Shown here: positions 36,460 through 48,772 of the stretch, one piece after another
Numbering within the stretch: position 1 is the first letter of the stretch
How the letters are laid out: each line of letters starts with the position of its first letter
Assembly: GCA_039621445.1 (NCBI GenBank)
Contig: CP154954.1
Location: forward strand, 16,448,140-16,512,139
Length of the DNA stretch: 64,000 nucleotides
DNA from: Euglena gracilis
Lineage: Eukaryota
Direction of reading: 5' to 3'
Position numbers and translations under genes: made by a program
Notes under the pieces: generated by a model
The model's database searches: none
Seen by the model: only the letters and a program-made list of their open reading frames with translations
Told to the model about the DNA's origin: nothing

Positions 36460-39400
36460 TGCAAAGGTTTTGTGCCCGAAACAGGGCGCCGGGGGGTGGA
36501 AACCCACTAATTTTTGGCTCAAAATACACCTTTTCCGGGTCTGGGGAGCCAAAAAAACAGCGCTTTGAGCGAAAAAAATTTTCGATTTTTTTCGTGTTTT
36601 TTGACCCGAAAATGACCAACAGTGGGTTGACGGCCCAAGACGGGGCGCTGGCGGGTGGAAAAAACGCTCATTTTTCGGCCCAAAAACAGTTTATCTGGGT
36701 CCAGGAGGCCAAAAAACATCGCTTCGAGCAAAAAAATTTTTCGATTTTTTTTCGACTTTTTTGACCCGAAAATGACCAAAAATCAATGGGTTGGCGGCCC
36801 AAAACGGGGTGCTGGCGGGTCGAAAAACGCTCATTTTCGGCCCAAAAACAGTTTTTCTGGGTCCGGGAGGCCAAAAAAACAGCGTTTCGGGCCAAAATTA
36901 TCACGGTTTTCACGGTCTACCCAGGGGGGGGGCAGGGGGGGTGTTGGACCCCCTTTTCCCTGGTGCTAAGCTTCGCTCTTACTCTAAAGAGATAAGAGCT
37001 CAGCGACCAGGGTGTGACGTAGAGCTGAGCACTTTGGGAGACTACCCCGGCGTCCCAGCCCGGCCCGGCCCGGCCCGGCCCGGCCCGGCCCGACTGCGGC
37101 CCTGTGGCCCGTCGATGCCCCGCCCAACCTGGCCAACGCCTCGGCGGCCCAGCCCGGGCTGGGGACGGGGGTTGTTTTTGAGCTCGTTTTCGGCTCAAAA
37201 ACACCTTTTCTGGTCAAAAAACATGGTTTTGGACAAAATTTTTCGAATTTTTCCGACTTTTTGACCCAAAATGGCCAATTCCACCGGCCGGGGGGTCCGC
37301 TCGGAAAATTTTTTTCGCTCAAAAACACTTTTTTTGGTGTTCTAAAGTGAAAAAAAAAGTTTTTGAGCGAAAAAAAAATTCAAAATTATGGATCCCGACC
37401 TGCCTCCCGACGCCCAGCCGCCCTCACAGCGCCCGCAGGGGTCTCCGAATACCCTCACTGGCCCAAAATCACACATCCAGGCCCCGGGATCCCCAAAAAC
37501 GGTCACCCCCCCCCTAAACCTCATGCCCTGGTTTGGGTCCCACTTCCTTGTCTAGCCCAAGATGGCCAATTTATGGTTTCGGGCCCCAAAGAGGCCCGAA
37601 ATGGCCAAAACTGGCAAAACCATAAAACAGCCGTATCTCGGGCTAGGCGAGGAGTTGGCCCAAACCGCAAATATCGGTGGATAGGGCGTCCCAAAGTTGT
37701 GGAATGACGTCCTCTTTACTTTTTCTCAACTCCGCAGCGTTTTTGAAGTATTTTGAATTTTTCGATTTTTTGACCCCAGAATGACCCTGAAATTTTCCCG
37801 GAAAAAAAACGGTATACAACTTTTTTGCTCGGGGCATATCTCCGGACTGGTGTGGAGTTGCGGGTAACCCAAGGGCTCTGGAGAAACCAGGATCGTCCCC
37901 TAACCTATTGGCTATTCACTTTGGGGGCCAGGAAATCCAATCACATCGATAATCCTCGGGGGTCCGTGCCCACCCAGGGAGGGGGGGGGCGGGGGGGCGG
38001 GGGCGGACCCCCCCTCCGGCCCCGGTGGTAAGCTTCGCTCTTACTCTAAAGAGATAAGAACTCAGCGACCAGGGTGTGACGTAGAGCTGAGCTCTTTGGA
38101 AAACCACCCCAGCCCGGCGTCGGCACGGCCCGGCGGCACGGCCCGGCGGCCCGGCTCGGCCGGCGGCCCAGCCTGGGCCGGGGCCGGGCTGTTGAAAAAC
38201 ACTCATTTTCGGCTCAAAAACACTTTGGCCAGGTCCAGGAGGCCAAAAAACATCGCTTTGGGCAAAAAGATTTTTTTCGACTTTTTTGACCCGAAAATGG
38301 CCCAAAGTCCATTGGTTTCGGGCCTAAAATGGGGGGCCGGGGACACAAAAACGCTCCCCCACCCCATGCCCCTCCTGGCTGGGGCCCGCCCCGCCCCTGC
38401 CCAGTGGACTTAGCCATTTTTGGGTCAAAAAAGTCGAAAAAAATTCGAAATTTTTTTTGCCCAAAACCATGTTTTTTGACCCCGCGGACCCGAAAAAAGT
38501 ATTTTTGGGCCAAAAATGGGTCCGGGTTGGAAATTTTTTTTTGCTCAAAAAACACTTTTTTTGATGTTCTAAAGTGAAAAAAAGTGTTTTTGAGCAAAAA
38601 AAAATTCAAAATTTGGGTCCCGACCTGCCTCCCGACCCCCCAAGACCATCCACCCTGGGACCCCCCGCAGGGCCCCGACTAAGAGGCTGGAAAACTATGG
38701 CTGGCTGGAAAAAAGCCGCTGGCTGACGGCCCATAGCTGGAACTGATCCTTGACAACTGCTCTCCGACACATTTTCGCCCATTGTTGTACCCCTAAAAGT
38801 GTGAAATCCGTTAACATTCAGCCGCCGGGCTGCAAACTCTGAATATTTTTCAGTGTAGGAAGAACAATGGTTTGCAAAACCACAAAATGCACGAAGACCA
38901 GTAATTGTTTTGGGGTAGCTGCCCTTTTTTCCACAACCAACATTTTGCCGAAGGAAGGTTTCCTTCGGCTGTCTTTCAAAATGTGGCCCAAAAACTCAAC
39001 CTCCTTCTGGAAAAATTTGCACTTCGAAAATCTGGCGCCCCATTTCTTTTCACGGAGCAAATCCAAAATGGTGCGAATTTCAAAATCATGCCTTCTCAAA
39101 AGTTGTTCCACCGCACACAAATTTGTTTGGGGGGAATTTTCATGAGAATATCATCGATATAGCCATCGGCGATTTCTCGTGCGGGGGCAAGTGCCGATTC
39201 CAAATTCCTTTGACAATATTGCACACCGTTTTTCCAACCCATTACAACCACATTGTTCCCGAATACCCAAAAATGGCCCAAAATCGCACAACCAGACCCC
39301 GGGAACCTCAAAAAAAACGGTCAACCCCCCCCCTAAACCTCAGGGTTGACCCCTTGGTTTGGGTCCCAACTCCTCGTCTAGCCCGAGATACGGCCAATTT

Positions 39401-42400
39401 ACGGTTTAACGCCCCCCGAAATGGCCAAAACTTGCTAAAATAGACCAAAAACACCAAAACGGCCGTATCTCAGGCTAGGCGAGGAGTTGGCCCAAACCAC
39501 GCATACCAATCGATCGGGCGTCCCAAAGTTGTGGAAGGAGGTCCTCTTTAATTTTCCTCAACTCCGCAGCGTTTTTGAGATATTTTGAATTTTTCGATTT
39601 TTTGACCCCAACCTTTTTTGCCCAAAGGCACGTGTTTTTGCCTCCCAGACCCAGAAAAACTGTTTTTGACCCAAAAATGACCCTGCAATTTCCCCGGAAA
39701 AAAAAGACGGTAGACAACTTTTTTGCTCGGGCATATCTCCGGACTGGCGGGGAGTTGGGGTAACCCAAGGGCTCTGGAGAAACTAGGGATCGTCCCCTAA
39801 CCTATTGGCTATTCACTTTGGGGGCCAGGAAATCCAATCACATCAATAATCCTCGGGGGTCCTTGCCTACCCAGGGAGGGGGGGGCGGGGGGCGGGGGGG
39901 GCGGGGGGGGGTCGGACCCGCCCCCCTCCGGCCCCGGTGATAAGCTTCGCTCTTACTCTAAAGAGATAAGAGCTCAGCGGCCAGGGTGTGACGTAGAGCT
40001 GAGCTCTTTGGGAGACCACCCTGGCCCGGCCCGGCCCGGCCCGGCCGGCGGCTCGGCGGCCCAACCCAGGCCGGGGACGGGGTTGAAAAACACTCATTTT
40101 CGGGTCAAAAACACCCTTTCCTGGGTCTGGGAGGCAAAAACACGTGGTTTTGGGTAAAAAAAAATTCGATTTTTTTTGGCTTTTTTGACCGGAAAATTAC
40201 CCAAAGTCCAAAGGATTCGGTCCAAAAACGGGGTGCTGGCGGGTCGAGTGGCGCTCATTTTTTTTTCGGCTCAAAAACACTTTTTCCGGGTCCGGGAGGC
40301 CAAAAAACATCATTTCGGGCAAAAAAAATTTGATTTTTTTCGACCTTTTTGACCCGGTTTTGACCCAAAGTCCTTAAGATTTGGGCCCAAACCGGGGCTG
40401 GCGGGTCATTTTTTGCTAAAACGCTCATTTTTTGGCTCAAAAACAGTTTTTCCGGGTCCGGGAGGCCAAAAAAACATGGTTTTGGGCGAAAAAAAAAATT
40501 GATTTTTTTCGACTTTTTTTGGCCGAAAACGGCTAAGTGGGGATTGCAGGTCATTTTGGGGTCAAAAAATCGAAAAATTCAAAATGTCTCGAAAACGCTG
40601 CGGAGTTGAAAAAAAGTAAAGAGGACCGCCTTCCACAACGCCCGATCGATCGGTATGCGCGGTTTGGGCCAACTCCTCGCCTAGCCCGAGATACGGTCGT
40701 TTTGTGGTTTTGGGCCAGTTTTGCCAGTTTTGGCCATTTCGGGCCTGTTCGAGGCCCGAAACCGTAAATTGGCCGTATCTCGTTGGGACCCAAACCAGGG
40801 GGTCAATCATGAGGTTTGGGGGGGGGGTTGACCGTTTTTTGAGGTTCCCGGGGTCTGGTTGTGCGATTTTGGGCCAGTTTTGGGTAGCGGGTAGCGGGTA
40901 GCGAGGGGGGGTTGGCAGGCAGGTTGGGACCTAAAATTTTGAAAAAAATTTTCCCTCAAAAACACTTTTTTTCACTTTAGAACATCAAAAAAAGTGTTCT
41001 CGAGCCAAAAAAATTAAACCGACCCGGACCCCCGCCCCCCGGCTGTGCCCCCCCCCCTCCCGGCCGGTGGATGTAGCCATTTTTGGGTCAAAAAGTCGAA
41101 AAAATTCGAAAAAAATTTCAGGGTCATTTTGGGGTCAAAAAAAATCGAAAAATTCAAAATATCTCGAAGACGCGGAGTTGAGATAAAATAAAGAGGAACT
41201 CATTCCACAACTTTGGGACGCCCGTTCGATCGGTATGCACGGTTTGGGCCAACTCCTCGCCTAGCCCGAGTTACGCCCGTTTTGTGGTTTTGGGCCAGTT
41301 TTGCCAGTTTTGGCCATTTCGGGCCCGTTCGGGGCCCGAAACCGTAAATTGGCTATATCTCGGACTGGACGAGGAGTTGGGACCCAAACCAGGGGGTCAA
41401 TCCTGAGGTTTAGGGGGGGGGGGTTAACCGTTTTTTGAGGTTCCCGGGGTCTGGTTGTGCGATTTTGGGCCATTTTTGGGTATTCGGGGACCCCGGCGGC
41501 TCGGCGGCCCAACCCAGGCCGGGACGGGGTTGAAAAACACTCATTTTCGTCAAAAACACCCTTTCCTGGGTCTGGGAGGCAAAAACACGTGGTTTTGGGT
41601 AAAAAAAAATTTCGATTTTTTTTTGACTTTTTTGACCGGAAAATGACCCAAAGTCCAAAGGATTCGGGCCAAAAACGGGGTGCTGGCGGGTCGAGTGGCG
41701 CTCATTTTCGGCTCAAAAACACTTTTTCCGGGTCCGGGAGGCCAAAAAACATCATTTCGGGCAAAAATGTTTTTGATTTTTTTCGACCTTTTTGACCCGG
41801 TTTTGACCCAAAGTCCTTAAGATTTGGGCCCAAACCGGGGCTGGCGGGTCAAAAAACGCTCATTTTTTTTATTTTTTATTTTTTTGGCTCAAAAACAGTT
41901 TTTCTGGGTCCGGGAGGCCAAAAAAACATGGTTTTGGGCGAAAAAAAAAATTCGATTTTTTTCGACTTTTTTTGGCCGAAAACAGCTAAGTGGGGATTGC
42001 AGGTCATTTTGGGGTCAAAAAATCGAAAAATTCAAAATGTCTCGAAAACGCTGCGGAGTTGAAAAAAAGTAAAGAGGACCGCCTTCCACAACGCCCGATC
42101 GATCGGTATGCACGGTTTGGGCCAACTCCTCGCCTAGCCCGAGATACGGTCGTTTTGTGGTTTTGGGCCAGTTTTGCCAGCTTTGGCCATTTCGGGCCTG
42201 TTCGAGGCCCGAAACCGTAAATTGGACGTATCTCGTTGGGACCCAAACCAGGGGGTCAATCATGAGGTTTGGGGGGGGGGGTGACCGTTTTTTGAGGTTC
42301 CCGGGGTCTGGTTGTGCGATTTTGGGCCAGTTTTGGGTACCCAGGGACCCCTGCTGGAGGGCGGCTGGGCGAGGGGTGGATGGCATGGCAGGCAGGTTGG

Positions 42401-45400
42401 GACCCAAAATTTTGAAAAAAAATTTTCCCTCAAAAACACTTTTTTTTCACTTTAGAACATCAAAAAAAGTGTTTTCGAGCCAAAAAAATTAAACCGACCC
42501 GGACCCCCCCCCCCGGCTGCGCCCGCCACCCCCCCCCCTGGCCGGTGGACGTAGCCATTTTTGGGTCAAAAAGTCGAAAAAATTCGAAAAAAATTTGCCC
42601 AAAACCATGTTTTTTGACCTCTTGGACCCGAAAGAAGTGCTTTCGAGCCGAAAATGAGCGTTTTTGGACCCCCGACCTCCGTTTTGGGCCCGAAACCAAT
42701 GGACGTTGGATCATTTTCATGTCAAAAAAAGAAAATTTCAGGGTCGTTTTGGGGTCAAAAAAAAATCGAAAAATTCAAAATATCTCGAAGACGCAGAGTT
42801 GAGATAAAATAAAGAGGAACTCATTCCACAACTTTGGGACGCCCGTTCGATCGGTTTGGGCCAACTCCTCGCCTAGCCCGAGTTACGCCCGTTTTGTGGT
42901 TTTGGGCCAGTTTTGCCAGCTTTGGCCATTTCGGGCCCGTTCGGGGCCCGAAACCGTAAATTGGCTATATCTCGGACTGGACGAGGAGTTGGGACCCAAA
43001 CCAGGGGGTCAATCCTGAGGTTCGGGGGGGGGGGGGGGTAACCGTTTTTTGAGGTTCCCGGGGTCTGGTTGTGCGATTTTGGGCCATTTTTGGGTATTCG
43101 GGGACCCCTGCGGGGGGTCCGTGGGCGGATGGGCTTGGGAGGTCGGGAGGCAGGTCGGGACCCAAAATTTTAAAAATTTTTTTTTGCTCAAAAACACTTT
43201 TCTTCACTTCACAACATCAAAAAAAAGTGTGTTTGAGCAAAAAAAATTACGACCCGGACTGCCCCCCCCATGCCCCCCCCCCCCGGCTGGGGCCCGCCCC
43301 GCTGGCCGGTGGTGAATTTAGCCATTTTTGGGTCAAAAAGTCGGAAAAATTCGAAAAAAAATATGCCCAAAACCATTTTTTTGACCTCTCGGACCCGAAA
43401 AAAGTGTTTTCGAGCCAAAAATGAGTGTTTTTCGACCCTCCAGCGCCCCGTTTTGGGCCGCCAAGCCATTGACTTTGGGTCAAAGCTGGGCCGAAAAAAA
43501 GTTGGGAAAAAGCGAAAAAATCTTTTTTGCCCAAAACCACGTGTTTTTGCCTCCCAGACCCAGAAAAACTGTTTTTGACCCAAAAATGACCAACTTTTTT
43601 GCTCGGGCATATCTCCGGACTGGCGGGGAGTTGGGGTAACCCAAGGGCTCTGGAGAAACTAGGGATCGTCCCCTAACCTATTGGCTATTCACTTTGGGGG
43701 CCAGGAAATCCAATCACATCAATAATCCTCGGGGGTCCTTGCCTACACAGGGAGGGGGGGGGCGGGGGGCGGGGGGGGGGGGGGGGGGGGGGGGGCCGGG
43801 CCGCCACCCTCCGGCCCCCGGGGTAAGCGTCGCCCTTTCTCTAAAGAGATAAGAGCTCAGCGGCCAGGGTGTGACGTAGAGCTGAGCTCTTTGGGAGACC
43901 ACCCTGGCCCGGCCCGGCCCGGCCCGGCCGGCGGATCGGCGGCCCAACCCAGGCCGGGGACGGGGTTGAAAAACACTCATTTTCGGGTCAAAAACACCCT
44001 TTCCTGGGTCTGGGAGGCAAAAACACGTGGTTTTGGGTAAAAAAAAAATTCGATTTTTTTTGACTTTTTTGACCGGAAAATGACCCAAAGTCCAAAGGAT
44101 TCGGGCCAAAAATGGGGTGGGGTGCTGGCGGGTCGAGTGGCGCTCATTTTCGGCTCAAAAACACTTTTTCCGGGTCCGGGAGGCCAAAAAACATCATTTC
44201 GGGCAAAAATTTTTTTTGATTTTTTTCGACCTTTTTGACCCGGTTTTGACCCAAAGTCCTTAAGATTTGGGCCCAAACCGGGGCTGGCGGGTCAAAAAAC
44301 GCTCATTTTTTGGCTCAAAAACAGTTTTTCCGGGTCCGGGAGGCCAAAAAAACATGGTTTTGGGCGAAAAAAAAAATTGATTTTTTTCGACTTTTTTTGG
44401 CCGAAAACGGCTAAGTGGGGATTGCAGGTCATTTTGGGGTCAAAAAATAGAAAAATTCAAAATGTCTCGAAAACGCTGCGGAGTTGAAAAAAAGTAAAGA
44501 GGACCGCCTTCCACAACGCCCGATCGATCGGTATGCGCGGTTTGGGCCAACTCCTCGCCTAGCCCGAGATACGGTCGTTTTGTGGTTTTGGGCCAGTTTT
44601 GCCAGCTTTGGCCATTTCGGGCCTGTTCGAGGCCCGAAACCGTAAATTGGCCGTATCTCGTTGGGACCCAAACCAGGGGGTCAATCATGAGGTTTGGGGG
44701 GGGGGGTGACCGTTTTTTGAGGTTCCCGGGGTCTGGTTGTGCGATTTTGGGCCAGTTTTGGGTAGCGGGTAGCGGCTGGGCGAGGGGGGGTTGGCAGGCA
44801 GGTTGGGACCTAAAATTTTGAAAAAAATTTTCCCTCAAAAACACTTTTTTTCACTTTAGAACATCAAAAAAAGTGTTTTCGAGCCAAAAAAATTAAACCC
44901 CCCCAGCCCCCCGCCCCCCCGGGTGTTCCCCCCCCCCCCCCCGGCCGGTGGATGTAGCCATTTTTGGGTCAAAAAGTCGAAAAAATTCGAAAAAAAATTG
45001 CCCATGTTTTTTGACCTCCTGGACCCGAAAAAAGTGTTTTCGAGCCGAAAATGAGCGTTTTTGGACCCCCGGCCGTTTTCGGCCCGAAACCAATGGACGT
45101 TGGATCATTTTCATGTCAAAAAAGGAAAATTTCAGGGTCATTTTGGGGTCAAAAAAATCGAAAAATTCAAAATATCTCGAAGACGCGGAGTTGAGATAAA
45201 ATAAAGAGGAACTCATTCCACAACTTTGGGACGCCCGTTCGATCGGTTTGGGCCAACTCCTCGCCTAGCCCGAGTTACGCCCGTTTTGTGGTTTTGGGCC
45301 AGTTTTGCCAGCTTTGGCCATTTCGGGCCCGTTCGGGGCCCGAAACCGTAAATTGGCTATATCTCGGACTGGACGAGGAGTTGGGACCCAAACCAGGGGG

Positions 45401-48400
45401 TCAATCCTGAGGTTCAGGGGGGGGGGGGGGGTTACGCTGCGGAGTTGAAAAAAAGTAAAGAGGACCGCCTTCCACAACGCCCGATCGATCGGTATGCGCG
45501 GTTTGGGCCAACTCCTCGCCTAGCCCGAGTTACGGTCGTTTTGTGGTTTTGGGCCAGTTTTGCCAGTTTTGGCCATTTCGGGCCTGTTCGAGGCCCGAAA
45601 CCGTAATTTGGCCGTTTCTCGTTGGGACCCAAACCAGGGGGTCAATCATGAGGTTTGGGGGGGGGGGTTGACCGTTTTTTGAGGTTCCCGGGGTCTGGTT
45701 GTGCGATTTTGGGCCAGTTTTGGGTAGCGGGTAGCGGGTAGCGAGGGGGGGTTGGCAGGCAGGTTGGGACCTAAAATTTTGAAAAAAATTTTCCCTCAAA
45801 AACACTTTTTTTCACTTTAGAACATCAAAAAAAGTGTTCTCGAGCCAAAAAAATTAAACCGACCCGGACCCCCCCCCCCCGGCTGTGCCCCCCCCCCGGC
45901 CGGTGGATGTAGCCATTTTGGGTCAAAAAGTCGAAAATTTTTGAAAAAAATTTGCCCAAAACCATGTTTTTTGATCTCCTGGACCCGAAAAAAGTGTTTT
46001 CGAGCCCAAAATGAGCGTTTTTGGACCCCCGGCCTCCGTTTTGGGCCCGAAACCAATGGACGTTGGATCATTTTCATGTCAAAAAAGGAAAATTTCAGGG
46101 TCATTTTGGGGTCAAAAAAAATCGAAAAATTCAAAATATCTCGAAGACGCGGAGTTGAGATAAAATAAAGAGGAACTCATTCCACAACTTTGGGACGCCC
46201 GTTCGATCGGTATGCACGGTTTGGGCCAACTCCTCGCCTAGCCCGAGTTACGCCCGTTTTGTGGTTTTGGGCCAGTTTTGCCAGTTTTGGCCATTTCGGG
46301 CCCGTTCGGGGCCCGAAACCGTAAATTGGCTATATCTCGGACTGGACGAGGAGTTGGGACCCAAACCAGGGGGTCAATCCTGAGGTTTAGGGGGGGGGGG
46401 TTAACCGTTTTTTGAGGTTCCCGGGGTCTGGTTGTGCGATTTTGGGCCATTTTTGGGTATTCGGGGACCCCGGCGGCTCGGCGGCCCAACCCAGGCCGGG
46501 ACGGGGTTGAAAAACACTCATTTTCGTCAAAAACACCCTTTCCTGGGTCTGGGAGGCAAAAACACGTGGTTTTGGGTAAAAAAAAATTTCGATTTTTTTT
46601 TTGACTTTTTTGACCGGAAAATGACCCAAAGTCCAAAGGATTCGGGCCAAAAACGGGGTGCTGGCGGGTCGAGTGGCGCTCATTTTCGGCTCAAAAACAC
46701 TTTTTCCGGGTCCGGGAGGCCAAAAAACATCATTTCGGGCAAAAATGTTTTTGATTTTTTTCGACCTTTTTGACCCGGTTTTGACCCAAAGTCCTTAAGA
46801 TTTGGGCCCAAACCGGGGCTGGCGGGTCAAAAAACGCTCATTTTTTTTATTTTTTATTTTTTTGGCTCAAAAACAGTTTTTCTGGGTCCGGGAGGCCAAA
46901 AAAACATGGTTTTGGGCGAAAAAAAAAATTCGATTTTTTTCGACTTTTTTTGGCCGAAAACAGCTAAGTGGGGATTGCAGGTCATTTTGGGGTCAAAAAA
47001 TCGAAAAATTCAAAATGTCTCGAAAACGCTGCGGAGTTGAAAAAAAGTAAAGAGGACCGCCTTCCACAACGCCCGATCGATCGGTATGCACGGTTTGGGC
47101 CAACTCCTCGCCTAGCCCGAGATACGGTCGTTTTGTGGTTTTGGGCCAGTTTTGCCAGCTTTGGCCATTTCGGGCCTGTTCGAGGCCCGAAACCGTAAAT
47201 TGGACGTATCTCGTTGGGACCCAAACCAGGGGGTCAATCATGAGGTTTGGGGGGGGGGGGTGACCGTTTTTTTAGGTTCCCGGGGTCTGGTTGTGCGATT
47301 TTGGGCCAGTTTTGGGTACCCAGGGACCCCTGCTGGAGGGCGGCTGGGCGAGGGGGTGGATGGCAGGCAGGCAGGTTGGGACCCAAAATTTTGAAAAAAA
47401 ATTTTCCCTCAAAAACACTTTTTTTTCACTTTAGAACATCAAAAAAAGTGTTTTCGAGCCAAAAAAATTAAACCGACCCGGACCCCCCCCCCCCCGCGGC
47501 GCCGCCCCCCCCCCCCCTGGCCGGTGGACGTAGCCATTTTTGGGTCAAAAAGTCGAAAAAATTCGAAAAAAATTTGCCCAAAACCATGTTTTTTGACCTC
47601 TTGGACCCGAAAGAAGTGCTTTCGAGCCGAAAATGAGCGTTTTTGGACCCCCGACCTCCGTTTTGGGCCCGAAACCAATGGACGTTGGATCATTTTCATG
47701 TCAAAAAAAGAAAATTTCAGGGTCGTTTTGGGGTCAAAAAAAAATCGAAAAATTCAAAATATCTCGAAGACGCAGAGTTGAGATAAAATAAAGAGGAACT
47801 CATTCCACAACTTTGGGACGCCCGTTCGATCGGTTTGGGCCAACTCCTCGCCTAGCCCGAGTTACGCCCGTTTTGTGGTTTTGGGCCAGTTTTGCCAGCT
47901 TTGGCCATTTCGGGCCCGTTCGGGGCCTGAAACCGTAAATTGGCTATATCTCGGACTGGACGAGGAGTTGGGACCCAAACCAGGGGGTCAATCCTGAGGT
48001 TCGGGGGGGGGGGGTAACCGTTTTTTGAGGTTCCCGGGGTCTGGTTGTGCGATTTTGGGCCATTTTTGGGTATTCGGGGACCCCTGCGGGGGGTCCGTGG
48101 GCGGATGGGCTTGGGAGGTCGGGAGGCAGGTCGGGACCCAAAATTTTAAAAAAAATTTTTTGCTCAAAAACACTTTTCTTCACTTCACAACATCAAAAAA
48201 AGTGTGTTTGAGCAAAAAAAATTCCGACCCGGACTGCCCCCCCCATGCCCCCCCCCCCCGGCTGGGGCCCGCCCCGCTGGCCGGTGGTGAATTTAGCCAT
48301 TTTTGGGTCAAAAAGTCGGAAAAATTCGAAAAAAATATGCCCAAAACCACTTTTTTGACCTCTCGGACCCGAAAAAAGTGTTTTCGAGCCAAAAATGAGT

Positions 48401-48738
48401 GTTTTTCGACCCTCCAGCGCCCCGTTTTGGGCCGCCAAGCCATTGACTTTGGGTCAAAGCTGGGCCGAAAAAAAGTTGGGAAAAAGCGAAAAAATCTTTT
48501 TTGCCCAAAACCACGTGTTTTTGCCTCCCAGACCCAGAAAAAAACTGTTTTTGACCCAAAATGACCAACTTTTTTGCTCGGGCATATCTCCGGACTGGCG
48601 TGGAGTTGGGGTAACCCAAGGGCTCTGGAGAAACTAGGGATCGTCCCCTAACCTATTGGCTATTCACTTTGGGGGCCAGGAAATCCAATCACATCGATAA
48701 TCCTCGGGGGTCCTTGCCTACCCAGGGAGGGGGGGGGG

Positions 48739-48772
<34 letters not shown>

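Noticed and set aside
39720-40080. Satellite unit as a 5S rRNA, spliced-leader RNA, tRNA or rDNA tandem array
   Set aside because: I recognise no 5S, tRNA A/B-box, Sm-site/spliced-leader or rRNA sequence, and the unit order is irregular. An Rfam search would be decisive.
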